A stretch of DNA of 64,000 nt, taken from Chloroflexota bacterium. GTDB lineage: Bacteria; Chloroflexota; UBA11872; VXOZ01. This document shows, one piece after another, positions 39,322 through 49,084 of the stretch (the first letter of the stretch is position 1; every line of letters begins with the position of its first letter). Position numbers and translations under genes: made by a program. The DNA is taken from the NCBI GenBank assembly GCA_963662335.2, contig CAXXVD010000002.1, forward strand, positions 224,001 to 288,000, read 5' to 3'. A model generated the notes under the pieces. That model saw nothing but the letters and a program-made list of their open reading frames with translations. It did not search any database and was not told where the DNA came from.

Positions 39322-40699
39322 TGTGCTCATCACGCCGTTGCACCTGCTGCTCGTCCCGTTGGGCGCGGCCGGGTTGGCGCTGCTCGCGCGCCGCTGGTCG
39401 GCGCTCGCCGGCATCGTCGCCCTTGCCGCCCTTGTCGTTACGCTCGCCCTGGGTTTCGCCGTGAACACGCAGTCGGCAAGCCCCATTCTCACGCTCGCCT
39501 TGCAGCTTGACGCCAGGGTGCGCGTGCCGATGCTCGCCTTCCTCGCGTTGGTCGCGCTCACGCTCGTGTTCCACCTCATACGCGACCAAGGCGAGTTCTT
39601 CCCCGCCACCGCGTGCCTCGTCGGCGCGTTCATCGCCGCCGCGGCGCTCCTCTACTCCCGCTACGTGGTTACGGCGGCCGTGCTCCAGTTGGCGTACGTC
39701 GTGGCGGCGATGGGCATCCTGGGACGGACGCCCACGCGCCAGGTTGGCGTCACGGTAATCCGCTACGCGCTCATGATGACCCTCGGCGGCGCGCTCGTCG
39801 TCCTGGGCCTGCTGTTGGTAGACGAATACCGCATCAGTCCGGAGACGGAGGTGAGCGTGCGGCTGATTGCCGCCATGCTCTCGGTGGGATTTGGCACGCT
39901 GCTTGCCGCCGCGCCGCTCTACTTCTGGCTGCCCGACGTGGCCTACCGCGCGCCGGTGATGGGATTCGCCCTCATTGCCGGGGTCCTCCACGTGGTGACC
40001 ACCGCCTTCCTGGTCTCCGTGTTGGGCGCTTTTCCGTGGCTTACCGGCGACCTGGAACTCAACGCGCTCGTGGCCCTGGGCGGATTGGCGACGATCGTGC
40101 TCGGCGCGCTGCTGGCCTACGGCGCGAACGACCTGCGCGGGCTGCTGGGCTACTCCACGGTGAGCGCCAGCGGCTTCATCGTGCTGGGGGTCGCCTCGCG
40201 CTCGGCGCTGGCCGTGGCCGGCGCGCTCTACCAGACGTTGGCAATGGCCGTGGCGCTCTTCTTGCTCAGCATCCTGATTGGCGTGATCGAAGAGCGCCTG
40301 GGCGGCGTCACGTTTGCGCAGATTAGCGGCCTCACCGCGCGCGCGCCGCTGCTGACGCTGGCCTTCGTGGTGGGCAGTTTCTCCATCGTCGGCGTGCCGG
40401 GCTTCGGCGCCTTTCCCGGGCGCTGGTTGGTCTTCCAGGCCGCTTCCCAACAAGGCGAGTGGTTTCTCTTCACCTTGCTGGCGGGCAGCGGCTTGCTGAT
40501 GCTCGCCTACGCGCGCGCCCTCCGCGCCTGCCTGCGGCCGGTGCAGATTCCGGGCCGCATTCGCCCCTTCTCCCGCGCCGGTTCCATCCTGGCCCTCCTG
40601 CTCGCCGTCGCGTGCTTCGCCCTGGGCCTCTACCCGTCACCCATCTTTGCCGCCATTCTCGAGCTTGTCAAAGATCTCGGTTTCGTGCGCGTGGTCTAG
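39308..40699 (+). CDS. Antiporter-like membrane subunit (HyfF/NuoM/N/MrpD family)
   Basis: PLYFWLPDV..AP, DLRGLLGYSTVS..GF and SIVGVPGFGAFPGRW motifs. Confidence 0.75.
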   Translation: MLADSVLITPLHLLLVPLGAAGLALLARRWSALAGIVALAALVVTLALGFAVNTQSASPILTLALQLDARVRVPMLAFLALVALTLVFHLIRDQGEFFPATACLVGAFIAAAALLYSRYVVTAAVLQLAYVVAAMGILGRTPTRQVGVTVIRYALMMTLGGALVVLGLLLVDEYRISPETEVSVRLIAAMLSVGFGTLLAAAPLYFWLPDVAYRAPVMGFALIAGVLHVVTTAFLVSVLGAFPWLTGDLELNALVALGGLATIVLGALLAYGANDLRGLLGYSTVSASGFIVLGVASRSALAVAGALYQTLAMAVALFLLSILIGVIEERLGGVTFAQISGLTARAPLLTLAFVVGSFSIVGVPGFGAFPGRWLVFQAASQQGEWFLFTLLAGSGLLMLAYARALRACLRPVQIPGRIRPFSRAGSILALLLAVACFALGLYPSPIFAAILELVKDLGFVRVV

Positions 40700-40916
40700 G
40701 CCGCAAGCAAGATTGCCCCTTCGCCATGTAGAAAGCGCCGGTCCGCGGGCATGACTGCGTAACGCGGGAACGTCGGGGCAACGCGGGCACGACGGTGTAG
40801 CGCGGGGGCTTGTCCCCCGCCTCTTGGCCGCGCCGCCGCCGTTGCCCCTTCGACGCGGCTCAGGGCGAACGGCGGCGACTCTCCGCTCACGGCGAACGGC
40901 GACGGCGCCAATACCC

Positions 40917-41942
40917 TTACATCGTATCCAGCGCCACGATCCGCTGCTCCGCCACCGACAGGTACGCTCCCCGGATGAGGCGCAGCGTGGCGATGCCGTC
41001 GGCCAGGCCTTGCACCGGCGCCGCGCCCGTTTCCAGGCAGCCGATGAAGTGGGCGATCTCCCGCGCGAACGTATCGGGCACTTGCAGTTCCTTCACCGCC
41101 GGCCGGTCCATGCCGTTCAGGTTGATTTCGATGCGCCCCGCCCCGGCCGAAAGCGTGCCCCGGTCGCCGACCACGTGGATGGTGTAGCCCGACGGCAGGT
41201 TCATCGCCCACGAACTGAGAATCTGACCGGTTGAACCGTTCGCGAACGTCACGAGCGCTTGCGCCGTATCCTCGCCGTCCAGTTGCGGCAGGCGGTGGTT
41301 GGTGAGCACCGCGCTCACGGTCACCGCCGGCGAACCGGCCAGGTAGAGCAGCCGGTAGGTCGGATGATAGCCGGTGTCGATGAGTTCGCCGCCGCCCATG
41401 AATTCCCGCTTGGAGCGCCAACTGCCGGGCGCGTGCGACCCGTGCGTGGTGGAGCCGGCCCTGACGTAGGGGCGGGTGATGAAGCAGTCGGCGGAGTGAA
41501 TCCAATAGACCTCACCCACCAGGCCGTCGTCGATGCGGGGCTTGATCTCCTGTATCGATTCCGTGAAGACCTGGTTGTGCGCGCACATGAGCGTGACGCC
41601 GCTCGCCTCGACGGCCGCCTTGATCTCCGCGGCCTCGTCCAGGTCCAGGCAGAGCGGTTTCTCGATGAGGATGTGCTTGCCGGCGTTTGCCGCCGCCACC
41701 GCGGCCTCCTTGTGGACGTGGTGCGGCAGGCAGATGTCCACCGCGTCCACGCTGGAGTTCTGCAGGAGTTCGTGGAAGTCCGCGTAGACCTGCGCGCCGC
41801 CCACCTGCGCCGCGCGCCCCTGGGCGGCCGTATCCACCACGTCCGCCACCGCCACCACTTTGGCGCGGCCGCTGTTGGCGAGCCAGCCCCGCGCGTGGCC
41901 GTTGCTGATGCCGCCGCATCCGATTATGCCAACGCCTAACAT
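40917..41942 (-). CDS. Gfo/Idh/MocA-family oxidoreductase
   Basis: VGIIGCGGI, GKHILIEKP and GGGELIDTGYH motifs. Confidence 0.9.
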   Translation of the reverse strand: MLGVGIIGCGGISNGHARGWLANSGRAKVVAVADVVDTAAQGRAAQVGGAQVYADFHELLQNSSVDAVDICLPHHVHKEAAVAAANAGKHILIEKPLCLDLDEAAEIKAAVEASGVTLMCAHNQVFTESIQEIKPRIDDGLVGEVYWIHSADCFITRPYVRAGSTTHGSHAPGSWRSKREFMGGGELIDTGYHPTYRLLYLAGSPAVTVSAVLTNHRLPQLDGEDTAQALVTFANGSTGQILSSWAMNLPSGYTIHVVGDRGTLSAGAGRIEINLNGMDRPAVKELQVPDTFAREIAHFIGCLETGAAPVQGLADGIATLRLIRGAYLSVAEQRIVALDTM

Positions 41943-42312
41943 TCGCGCTTGCGTCCTTTCCGGTACAATAAGCGTGTCTAACAGGCAAGACATCTCCTAT
42001 TATGAGCGTTTGCGCACCGAGCGCAAGCATAGAGAGCCGGTTTCCGCCGTAGCGCGGGGGCTTGTCCCCCGCCGGCCGGGGATGCCCCCGATGATGTCGC
42101 ATTAAGCAGAAAGACAGCCAAACTCGCGTCCAAAATCTCCGGCTTCGCAGGTTTGTAACCTGCGAAGCCGTTAGGTCAATCCTTTGCATGTCAGCTTCAA
42201 TGGCGCCGGCGGGGGACAAGCCCCCGCGCTACGTTAATGCGACTACACTGGGGATACCCCCTCACCCTAACCCTCTCCCCCGTGGAGAGGGAACGAAGAG
42301 GAGCAATTACCC

Positions 42313-43317
42313 ATGCAAACCACCCAGATCGTCTTTCCCAAGCCGAACGAGGTCACGCTGGAAACCGCCGCGCTGCCGCCGCTGGGGCCGCGCGACGTGC
42401 TGGTGCGCACCGAGGCCAGCCTGATCAGCGCCGGCACGGAACTCTCGAACCTGCGCGGCGACCTCAATTACGACAACTTTCCCAAGTATCCGGGCTACTC
42501 CAACGTGGGCGTCGTGGAGCGCGTGGGTGAGCAGATTAGCGATTTTGCCGCCGGCGACCGGGTGCTCAGCAACGGCCGCCACGCATCCCACCACGTCGTT
42601 AGCCGCGCCGCCGGCCGCACCGGCGCGCCGCAGACGTTGCTGCGCGTGCCGGACGGCGTGGACCCGGCCGACGCCACCTTCACCACCCTGGGCGCGGTGG
42701 CCATGCACGGCATTCGCAAGGCCGAACCCAAGCTGGGCCAGGCCGCCGCCGTGGTCGGGCAGGGCGTGGTGGGGCAACTCCTCTGCCAACTGCTGCGCCT
42801 CAACGGCGTCCATCCGGTAATTGGCATCGACGTCTTTCCCGCGCGGCTGGACGCGGGCGCCAAGAGCGGCACGCCCGTGCTTGTCAATGCGGAAGAAGAG
42901 GACGTCGTGCAACGGGCTATGCAAGAGACCGGCGGCGCGGGCGTGAATCTGGGCTTCGACGCCACCCGCAGCGGCACGGCCCTGCGCGCCCTGATGGACA
43001 TGGCCGCCCAAAGCGGCAAGATCCTCCTGGTGGGCAGCATCCCGCGCACGGCGGAATTGCCCCTCTTCGACCCGCTCCAGACTAAGGAACTCAGCATCAT
43101 GGGCGTGCTGCAACCGCGCTCGCCGCTGGTCGCGCACGCCTACTACCCGTGGACGCAGCAGCGCAACCGCGCCGAAATCCTGGACTTGCTCGCGCGCAAG
43201 TCCCTGCGGGTCGACCATCTCATCACCCACCGCCTGCCGCCGGCGCACGCGCCCCAGGCCTACGACATGATCGCCCGCGGCGGTTCCGACTGGCTGGGCG
43301 TGGTTTTCGCATGGTAA
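42313..43317 (+). CDS. MDR (zinc-type alcohol dehydrogenase-like) oxidoreductase
   Basis: SLISAGTE, PGYSNVG, GQGVVG and LITHR motifs. Confidence 0.85.
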   Translation: MQTTQIVFPKPNEVTLETAALPPLGPRDVLVRTEASLISAGTELSNLRGDLNYDNFPKYPGYSNVGVVERVGEQISDFAAGDRVLSNGRHASHHVVSRAAGRTGAPQTLLRVPDGVDPADATFTTLGAVAMHGIRKAEPKLGQAAAVVGQGVVGQLLCQLLRLNGVHPVIGIDVFPARLDAGAKSGTPVLVNAEEEDVVQRAMQETGGAGVNLGFDATRSGTALRALMDMAAQSGKILLVGSIPRTAELPLFDPLQTKELSIMGVLQPRSPLVAHAYYPWTQQRNRAEILDLLARKSLRVDHLITHRLPPAHAPQAYDMIARGGSDWLGVVFAW

Positions 43318-43776
43318 AGCGCCCGGTCTCTTCAATGCTAACGTGCGCGCTAGCGGTCTTGCGTGTAGGCTTCAGAGTTTACATGTCAGCATCTTAGACT
43401 GCTCCTCGCTATGTCATTCTGAGGAGCGCAGCGACGAAGAATCCAGTGCGCGGGCAGCCATAGATTCCTCGCTGCGCTCGGAATGACACTAGCGGAGTTC
43501 ATTTATTGGAATGACACTATCGGAACTACACTGTCGGAGTGACATTATCGGAATGGCACTAGCTGTCAACGCCCTCTCGTGAAGAGAAGATTCTGTCAAC
43601 CAATTGCCTGGCGCTTACAGGGATTACAGGGAATACCGTCCCGCGACATAACCAGGTCTAGCTCTTCCTAACGTCACCAAGCACCCACTGCGCCGCTAAC
43701 TTGACACCGTACGCGCGGTGTTCTATGTTGAACCTGCATCTTTAGGCAGACTGGTAGTGCGTAGGAGGTATACGCA

Positions 43777-45165
43777 ATGAGAGGCACAGGAAGACTGAGC
43801 CGGCGCTCCCTGCTTGGTTGGGGTGGCGCGGTAGGCGGCGGCGCTTTGCTGGCGGCCTGCGGCGCGCAGGCGACCGGCGGCGCGGCGGAGCCCGAGGCCG
43901 AAGCCGAAGCCGAGGCCCCCAAGGCCGAGGCGGAGCAGCCGGCCCCCGAGCAGCGCCTGATCGTGCACACCGACTGGTGGCGGCCCGGCGGCGCGCCCAC
44001 CATTCAGGAGTACTTCGACGGCATCAAGGGCGACTTCATGGAGCTCAACCCCGGCGTGACCGTCGAGTCGGTGCACGTGCGCGGCACGCTCGGTTTGCAG
44101 GACCAGGTGACCACGATGATTGCCGCCGGCGAGCAGGTCGACTCCTCGCAGGTCTCGGTAGCCTTCATCCTCAATTGGTTGCTGAAGGATTTTCTGCAGC
44201 CGCTCGATCCGTTCCAGGCCAAGGACCCGGATACGGCGCCGGATAAGTTCGTGGACTCCGGCCGCTTCTTCAACGTGCACAATGGCCAGACTTACGGCAT
44301 CCCGTACGACGGCCCCTCAACCGTTGTGATGGGGATCAACACGCGCTTGTTGACGGACGCCGGCCTCGACACCGATCGCGAAGTCACCTGGAATTGGGAT
44401 TGGGACCAGTTCCTGGAATATGCGCAGAAGGCGCACGAGACGGATGGCGAGAATATTACGCGCATGGGCTATCGCACCGGCGGCTTCAGCCTGTCCGGCA
44501 TCGGTCGGTGGCTCTATCCCAACGGCGCTACCCTGTATACTGCGGACAATACGGCAGCGGCCTTCGATTCCGCACAGGGCATTGCCGCGGGTCAGTTCAA
44601 GGAAGACCTGAAGATCAAGCACAAGTTCGACCCCTTGCCGGAAGGCGCGACCTTCGTCAACGAGCAAGTCGTCATTTCCCAACAGGGTTCCTGGAGTGTC
44701 GGCTACATCTTCGGCAACAATGAGACCCTTGAGTTTGACTTTGCGCCCATACCCAAGGGTCCCAGCGGTGAGAACCCGGGTAGCATGACCTGGACGAACC
44801 AGTGGTGCCTCTTCAGTGTCTCCCCGGACCCCGAACTGGCGTGGAGTTGGATGAGTTGGGTCAATAGCGAGCCCACGCTGGAGAAGTACTTTGCCGGCAT
44901 CCTCTCCCGCAACGCTGGCCGCAAGGAATTCTACCAGAGCGAAGCCTGGAAGGCGCGCACCGACGAGCGGCCGGTGCTGAAGGACCTGGAGATAATCGCC
45001 GACAATTCCGGCCCGTACCCGTGGCTCCACACGTCCGCGGGCAACGAGGCGACCAAGCCGGTGTGGGACGCCCTGAATAACCAGGAACTCACCGTGCAAG
45101 AGGCCTTCCCGCAGGCCGCGGGGCTGCTCAACGGCGTATTGGAGGAGCTGGGCACACCTAGTTAG
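43777..45165 (+). CDS. Tat-exported lipoprotein, ABC carbohydrate-type solute-binding protein (paralogue 1)
   Basis: SRRSLL Tat motif, LAAC lipobox, YGIPY, WDWDQF and PELAWSW. TTGACA-17-TATGTT promoter at 43701-43729. Confidence 0.85.
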   Translation: MRGTGRLSRRSLLGWGGAVGGGALLAACGAQATGGAAEPEAEAEAEAPKAEAEQPAPEQRLIVHTDWWRPGGAPTIQEYFDGIKGDFMELNPGVTVESVHVRGTLGLQDQVTTMIAAGEQVDSSQVSVAFILNWLLKDFLQPLDPFQAKDPDTAPDKFVDSGRFFNVHNGQTYGIPYDGPSTVVMGINTRLLTDAGLDTDREVTWNWDWDQFLEYAQKAHETDGENITRMGYRTGGFSLSGIGRWLYPNGATLYTADNTAAAFDSAQGIAAGQFKEDLKIKHKFDPLPEGATFVNEQVVISQQGSWSVGYIFGNNETLEFDFAPIPKGPSGENPGSMTWTNQWCLFSVSPDPELAWSWMSWVNSEPTLEKYFAGILSRNAGRKEFYQSEAWKARTDERPVLKDLEIIADNSGPYPWLHTSAGNEATKPVWDALNNQELTVQEAFPQAAGLLNGVLEELGTPS

Positions 45166-45199
45166 GCTCTTTCCTCTGCTCTTTAGTACAGCAGTAGAG

Positions 45200-45235
45200 A
45201 CTGGGCGGGTTGCACAACCCGCCCAGTTTTCTTTT
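45200..45235 (+). terminator. Rho-independent terminator
   Basis: ACTGGGCGGGTTG-CA-CAACCCGCCCAGT followed by a T tract. Confidence 0.85.
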
Positions 45236-45418
45236 GCTATGACCGCGCCCTACATGCTCTCGAAGGGGAGAGTGGCGCTTCAAGTTAAAGACCGTCGTTA
45301 AGCGGAGTCTTGTCAGCTTGTTGACAGCAGATAAACGGCCTAGTACCGTAAGTGCTACGGCACTGTTCCACGCAGAACATGCCGAGAGTAGGTTGGTAGT
45401 GCGTAGGAGGTATACGCG

Positions 45419-46804
45419 ATGAGAAGCACAGGACGTTTTAGCCGACGCTCTCTCCTCGGCTGGAGTGGCGTGGTAGGCGGCGGCGTATTGCTCGCAGCCT
45501 GCGGCGCGGCGCCTGCCGCCATGGAGGGCGAAGGCGAGATGGAGGCCAAGGAAGAAGAGGCCCCCAAGGCCGAGGCGGAAGAGAAGGCGGCTGAGCCGCG
45601 CCTGATCGTGCACACCGACTGGTGGCGGCCCGGTGGCGCGCCCACCATTCAGGAGTACTTCGACGGCATCAAGGGCGACTTCATGGAGTTGAACCCCGAC
45701 ATCACCGTCGAGTCGGTCCACGTGCGGGGCACCATCGGCCTGCAGGACCACGTCACGACGATGATTGCCGCCGGCGAGCAGGTGGACTCCTCGCAGGTTT
45801 CGGTAGCCTTCATCCTCAACTGGCTGCTGAAAGACTTCCTGGCGCCGTTGGATCCCTATCAGGCCGCGGATCCGTCCATGGCGCCCGACAAGTTCGTGGA
45901 TTCCGGCCGTTTCTTCAACCAGCACGGCGGCATGACCTACGGCATCCCGTACGACGGCCCCTCCACCACCGTGGTTGGGATCAACACGCGGCTGCTCACG
46001 GACGCCGGCCTCGATCCCGATCGCGAAGTTACCTGGAATTGGGACTGGGACACGTTCCTGGAGTACGCGCAGCAGGCGCACGAAGTGTCTGGCGAAAACA
46101 TCGTGCGCATGGGCTACCGGCCGGGCAGTTTCTCCATTTACCATCTCGGGCGGTGGGTCTACGTCAATGGCGGCCGGCTCTATAGCGATGATAATTCGGA
46201 GGCCGTCTTCGATTCGCCGCAGGCCATCGCCGGGGGCCAGTTCATGGAAGACCTGAAGCTCAAGCACAAGTTCGACCCGGTGCCGGAAGGCGCGACCTTC
46301 CAGAACGAGCAGTTGGTGATGGACATTCAAGGCTCGTGGCGCGTCGGCTACCTGCTCGGCGAGAATCCCGACCTGGAGTTCGACTTTACGCCGTATCCCC
46401 AGGGCCCCGACGGCGCGGCGCCGGGCAGCTTGACCTGGACGAACCAGTGGTGCCTCTTCGGCGTCTCGCCGGATCCGGACCTCGCCTGGTCGTGGATTGC
46501 CTGGGTGAACAGCGAAGCCACCCTGGAGAAGTACTTCGCCGGCATCCTCTCCCGCAACGCCGGCCGCAAGGAGTTCTACCAGAGCGAGCCGTGGCAGAAG
46601 ATCGTGGCCGAACGGCCGGTGTTGAAGGACATCGAGACGATCGCAGACACGTCCGGCCCGTATCCGTGGATCCACACGTCCGCGGGCAACGAAGCCACCA
46701 AGCCGGTGTGGGACGCCCTGAACAATCAGGAACTCACCGTGCAGGAGGCCCTGCCCCAGGCCGTGAAATTGCTCAATGGCGTTTTGGAGGAGTTGGGCAC
46801 CTAA
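45419..46804 (+). CDS. Tat-exported ABC solute-binding lipoprotein (paralogue 2)
   Basis: Highly similar to 43777-45165, with the same leader GGTAGTGCGTAGGAGGTATACGC. Confidence 0.85.
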   Translation: MRSTGRFSRRSLLGWSGVVGGGVLLAACGAAPAAMEGEGEMEAKEEEAPKAEAEEKAAEPRLIVHTDWWRPGGAPTIQEYFDGIKGDFMELNPDITVESVHVRGTIGLQDHVTTMIAAGEQVDSSQVSVAFILNWLLKDFLAPLDPYQAADPSMAPDKFVDSGRFFNQHGGMTYGIPYDGPSTTVVGINTRLLTDAGLDPDREVTWNWDWDTFLEYAQQAHEVSGENIVRMGYRPGSFSIYHLGRWVYVNGGRLYSDDNSEAVFDSPQAIAGGQFMEDLKLKHKFDPVPEGATFQNEQLVMDIQGSWRVGYLLGENPDLEFDFTPYPQGPDGAAPGSLTWTNQWCLFGVSPDPDLAWSWIAWVNSEATLEKYFAGILSRNAGRKEFYQSEPWQKIVAERPVLKDIETIADTSGPYPWIHTSAGNEATKPVWDALNNQELTVQEALPQAVKLLNGVLEELGT

Positions 46805-46841
46805 GCGGCTGTCCCATTTGCCTTTTCATACGGCAAGCGAG

Positions 46842-46881
46842 ACTGGGCGGGTTCGCGCGAACCCGCCCAGTTCTTTCGTTT
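46842..46881 (+). terminator. Rho-independent terminator (same stem as 45200)
   Basis: ACTGGGCGGGTTCG-CG-CGAACCCGCCCAGT followed by a T-rich tail. Confidence 0.8.
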
Positions 46882-47080
46882 CACCCTCTTTCCTTCCCGC
46901 GCCTGCGCATCAACCCGCCGCCAGCGCGTTGACAGCGGAACGCTGAATTAGTACCGTTAGTGTGGGCGATTAGTTACGCTAGCGGTAGCTGCACGCCCCG
47001 AACGAAAACATGATTGCCACCAGTGGTGATTGAGATGTTTCGACTGCTTACACGGTATCGCGGAGAGGAAGGCAAAGGGC

Positions 47081-48610
47081 ATGGAGCTATGGATGCTTGT
47101 CGTGCCTCTGCTTGTCCTAATCCCTGGAGCTTTTGTAGTAGGATTTTGGGCGCAACGGCTAATCCAGCATCGGAATACCCAGGCGGCGGCGGCTGAAGCG
47201 CAGAGGCTCTTGGAGGATGCAGAGACAACACGAAAACGCATGGCGGTGGAGGCCAAAGATGAGGCGCTGCGGCTCAAAACCAAAGCGGAGGAGGAGATCG
47301 GACGTTGGCGGGGCGAACTCACCCGCACCGAGCGCCGCCTGCAACAGCGCGAAGAGACGCTAGAGCAACGCGCGACGCAGGCCGAACGGCGCGAAAAGAA
47401 GATCGGCGACCAGGAGAAGCGCGTCGACCGCGAGCGCAACGCGGTCAACGAACTGCGCCAGCAGCAGATCAGCGAACTCGAGCGCATCGCCCAGATGACG
47501 GCCGACGAGGCCAAAGCGGTGCTCACCCAGAGCATCGAGGACGAGGTGCGCGCAGAGTGCACCCGCATGATCAAGCAGCTTGAAGCGTCCGCGCGCGAGG
47601 AATCCGAGCGCAGCGCGCGCCGCGTCATCGCCACGGCCATCCAACGCCTGGCCGCCGACCATACCGTGGAATCCACGGTCTCGGTCGTCACCCTGCCCAA
47701 CGAGGAGATGAAAGGCCGCATCATCGGCCGCGAGGGACGCAACATCCGCGCCCTGGAACTCCTCACCGGCGTTGACCTCATCATCGACGATACCCCCGAG
47801 GCGGTGGTGCTCTCGGCCCACGACCCGGTGCGGCGCGAGGTGGCGCGCGTAGCCCTCACCCGCCTCATCCAGGATGGGCGCATCCACCCGGCCCGCATCG
47901 AGGAGATGGTGGGCAAGGCCGACAAGGAGATCGAGGACACGATCTGGGAGGAGGGCGAACAGGCGGCGGACCTGGCGCAGGTGCGCGGCTTGCCCGCCGA
48001 GATGGTGCGCCTCCTCGGCCGGCTGCGCTACCGCTCCAGCTACGGCCAGAACGTGCTGGCGCACAGCGTGGAAGTGGCGCAACTGGCCGCGAGCATGGCC
48101 GCGGAAATCGGCGCCGACGTGAACGTGGGCCGCCGCGCCGGCCTGCTGCACGACGTGGGCAAGGCAATCGACGCCGACGTGGAAGGCCCCCACGCGCTGG
48201 TGGGCGCGGAAATGGTGCGCCGCTACAACCAATCGCCGAAAGTCGTCCACGCCGTCGCCGCCCACCACAACGACGAGGAGCCGCGCACGGTGGAGGCCTT
48301 CATCGTTTCGGCGGCGGACGCCATCTCCGCCTCGCGGCCGGGCGCGCGCCGGGATTCGATCGAGCGCTACATGCAGCGCCTGCGGGCGCTGGAATCCGTG
48401 GCCAACTCTTTCTCCGGCGTGGAGAAATCATACGCCATCCAGGCCGGACGCGAGGTGCGCATCATGGTGCGTCCCGACGAAATCGACGAGTTGGGCGCGG
48501 TGCGCCTTTCCCGCGACATCTGCAAGCGCATCGAGGAGTCGCTGGAATACCCGGGCCAGGTAAAGGTCACCCTGATCCGGGAGACGCGGGTGGTGGACTA
48601 CGCTCGCTAA
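47081..48610 (+). CDS. rny: Ribonuclease Y
   Basis: N-terminal TM, coiled coil, KH ([13 protein letters not shown]), HD (LLHDVGK) and [10 protein letters not shown]. Confidence 0.96.
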   Translation: MELWMLVVPLLVLIPGAFVVGFWAQRLIQHRNTQAAAAEAQRLLEDAETTRKRMAVEAKDEALRLKTKAEEEIGRWRGELTRTERRLQQREETLEQRATQAERREKKIGDQEKRVDRERNAVNELRQQQISELERIAQMTADEAKAVLTQSIEDEVRAECTRMIKQLEASAREESERSARRVIATAIQRLAADHTVESTVSVVTLPNEEMKGRIIGREGRNIRALELLTGVDLIIDDTPEAVVLSAHDPVRREVARVALTRLIQDGRIHPARIEEMVGKADKEIEDTIWEEGEQAADLAQVRGLPAEMVRLLGRLRYRSSYGQNVLAHSVEVAQLAASMAAEIGADVNVGRRAGLLHDVGKAIDADVEGPHALVGAEMVRRYNQSPKVVHAVAAHHNDEEPRTVEAFIVSAADAISASRPGARRDSIERYMQRLRALESVANSFSGVEKSYAIQAGREVRIMVRPDEIDELGAVRLSRDICKRIEESLEYPGQVKVTLIRETRVVDYAR

Positions 48611-48720
48611 AGCGGGTACGCCCGGTAAACCGGGTACGCCCGGTAAACCGGGTTCGCTCGCTAAAGCGGGTACGCCCGGTAAACTGGATACGCCAGATAG
48701 ACCGGGAACGCCCGGTAGCG
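48601..48720. repeat. Tandem array of about 6.5 18-bp units, each with an internal palindrome
   Basis: CGCTCGCTAAAGCGGGTA / CGCCCGGTAAACCGGGTA units starting at 48601, 48619, 48637, 48655, 48673, 48691 and 48709. Confidence 0.85.
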
Positions 48721-48799
48721 CGCGAGACCGGAGGCTGCTCGCTGAGAGTCGCCGAGGCGACGAACGTTGCAGCCAACAACGGAAGCCGGAGGGGAGCGG

Positions 48800-49060
48800 A
48801 TGGAAATCCTTAAGGTGGCGTCGCAATCCAAGCCGACGGCCGTGGCCGGCGCGATCGCCGGCGTGATGCGGGAAAGCGGCCGCGCCGAAGTCCAGGCGAT
48901 CGGCGCGGGCGCGGTGAACCAGGCCGTCAAGTCCATCGTCATCGCGCGCGGCTACCTGGCGCCCAGCGGCATCGACCTCATTTGCATTCCCGCCTTCATC
49001 GAGGTGACGGTCGAGAGCGGCGAGCGCACCGCGATCAAGTTCCTCCTCGAATCACGCTAG
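48800..49060 (+). CDS. spoVS: SpoVS-family protein
   Basis: MEILKVASQSKPTAVAGAIA...QAIGAGAVNQAVK...IPAF...ERTAIKF. Confidence 0.93.
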   Translation: MEILKVASQSKPTAVAGAIAGVMRESGRAEVQAIGAGAVNQAVKSIVIARGYLAPSGIDLICIPAFIEVTVESGERTAIKFLLESR

Positions 49061-49084
49061 TTCCCGTAGCATAGGAGACTGCGT

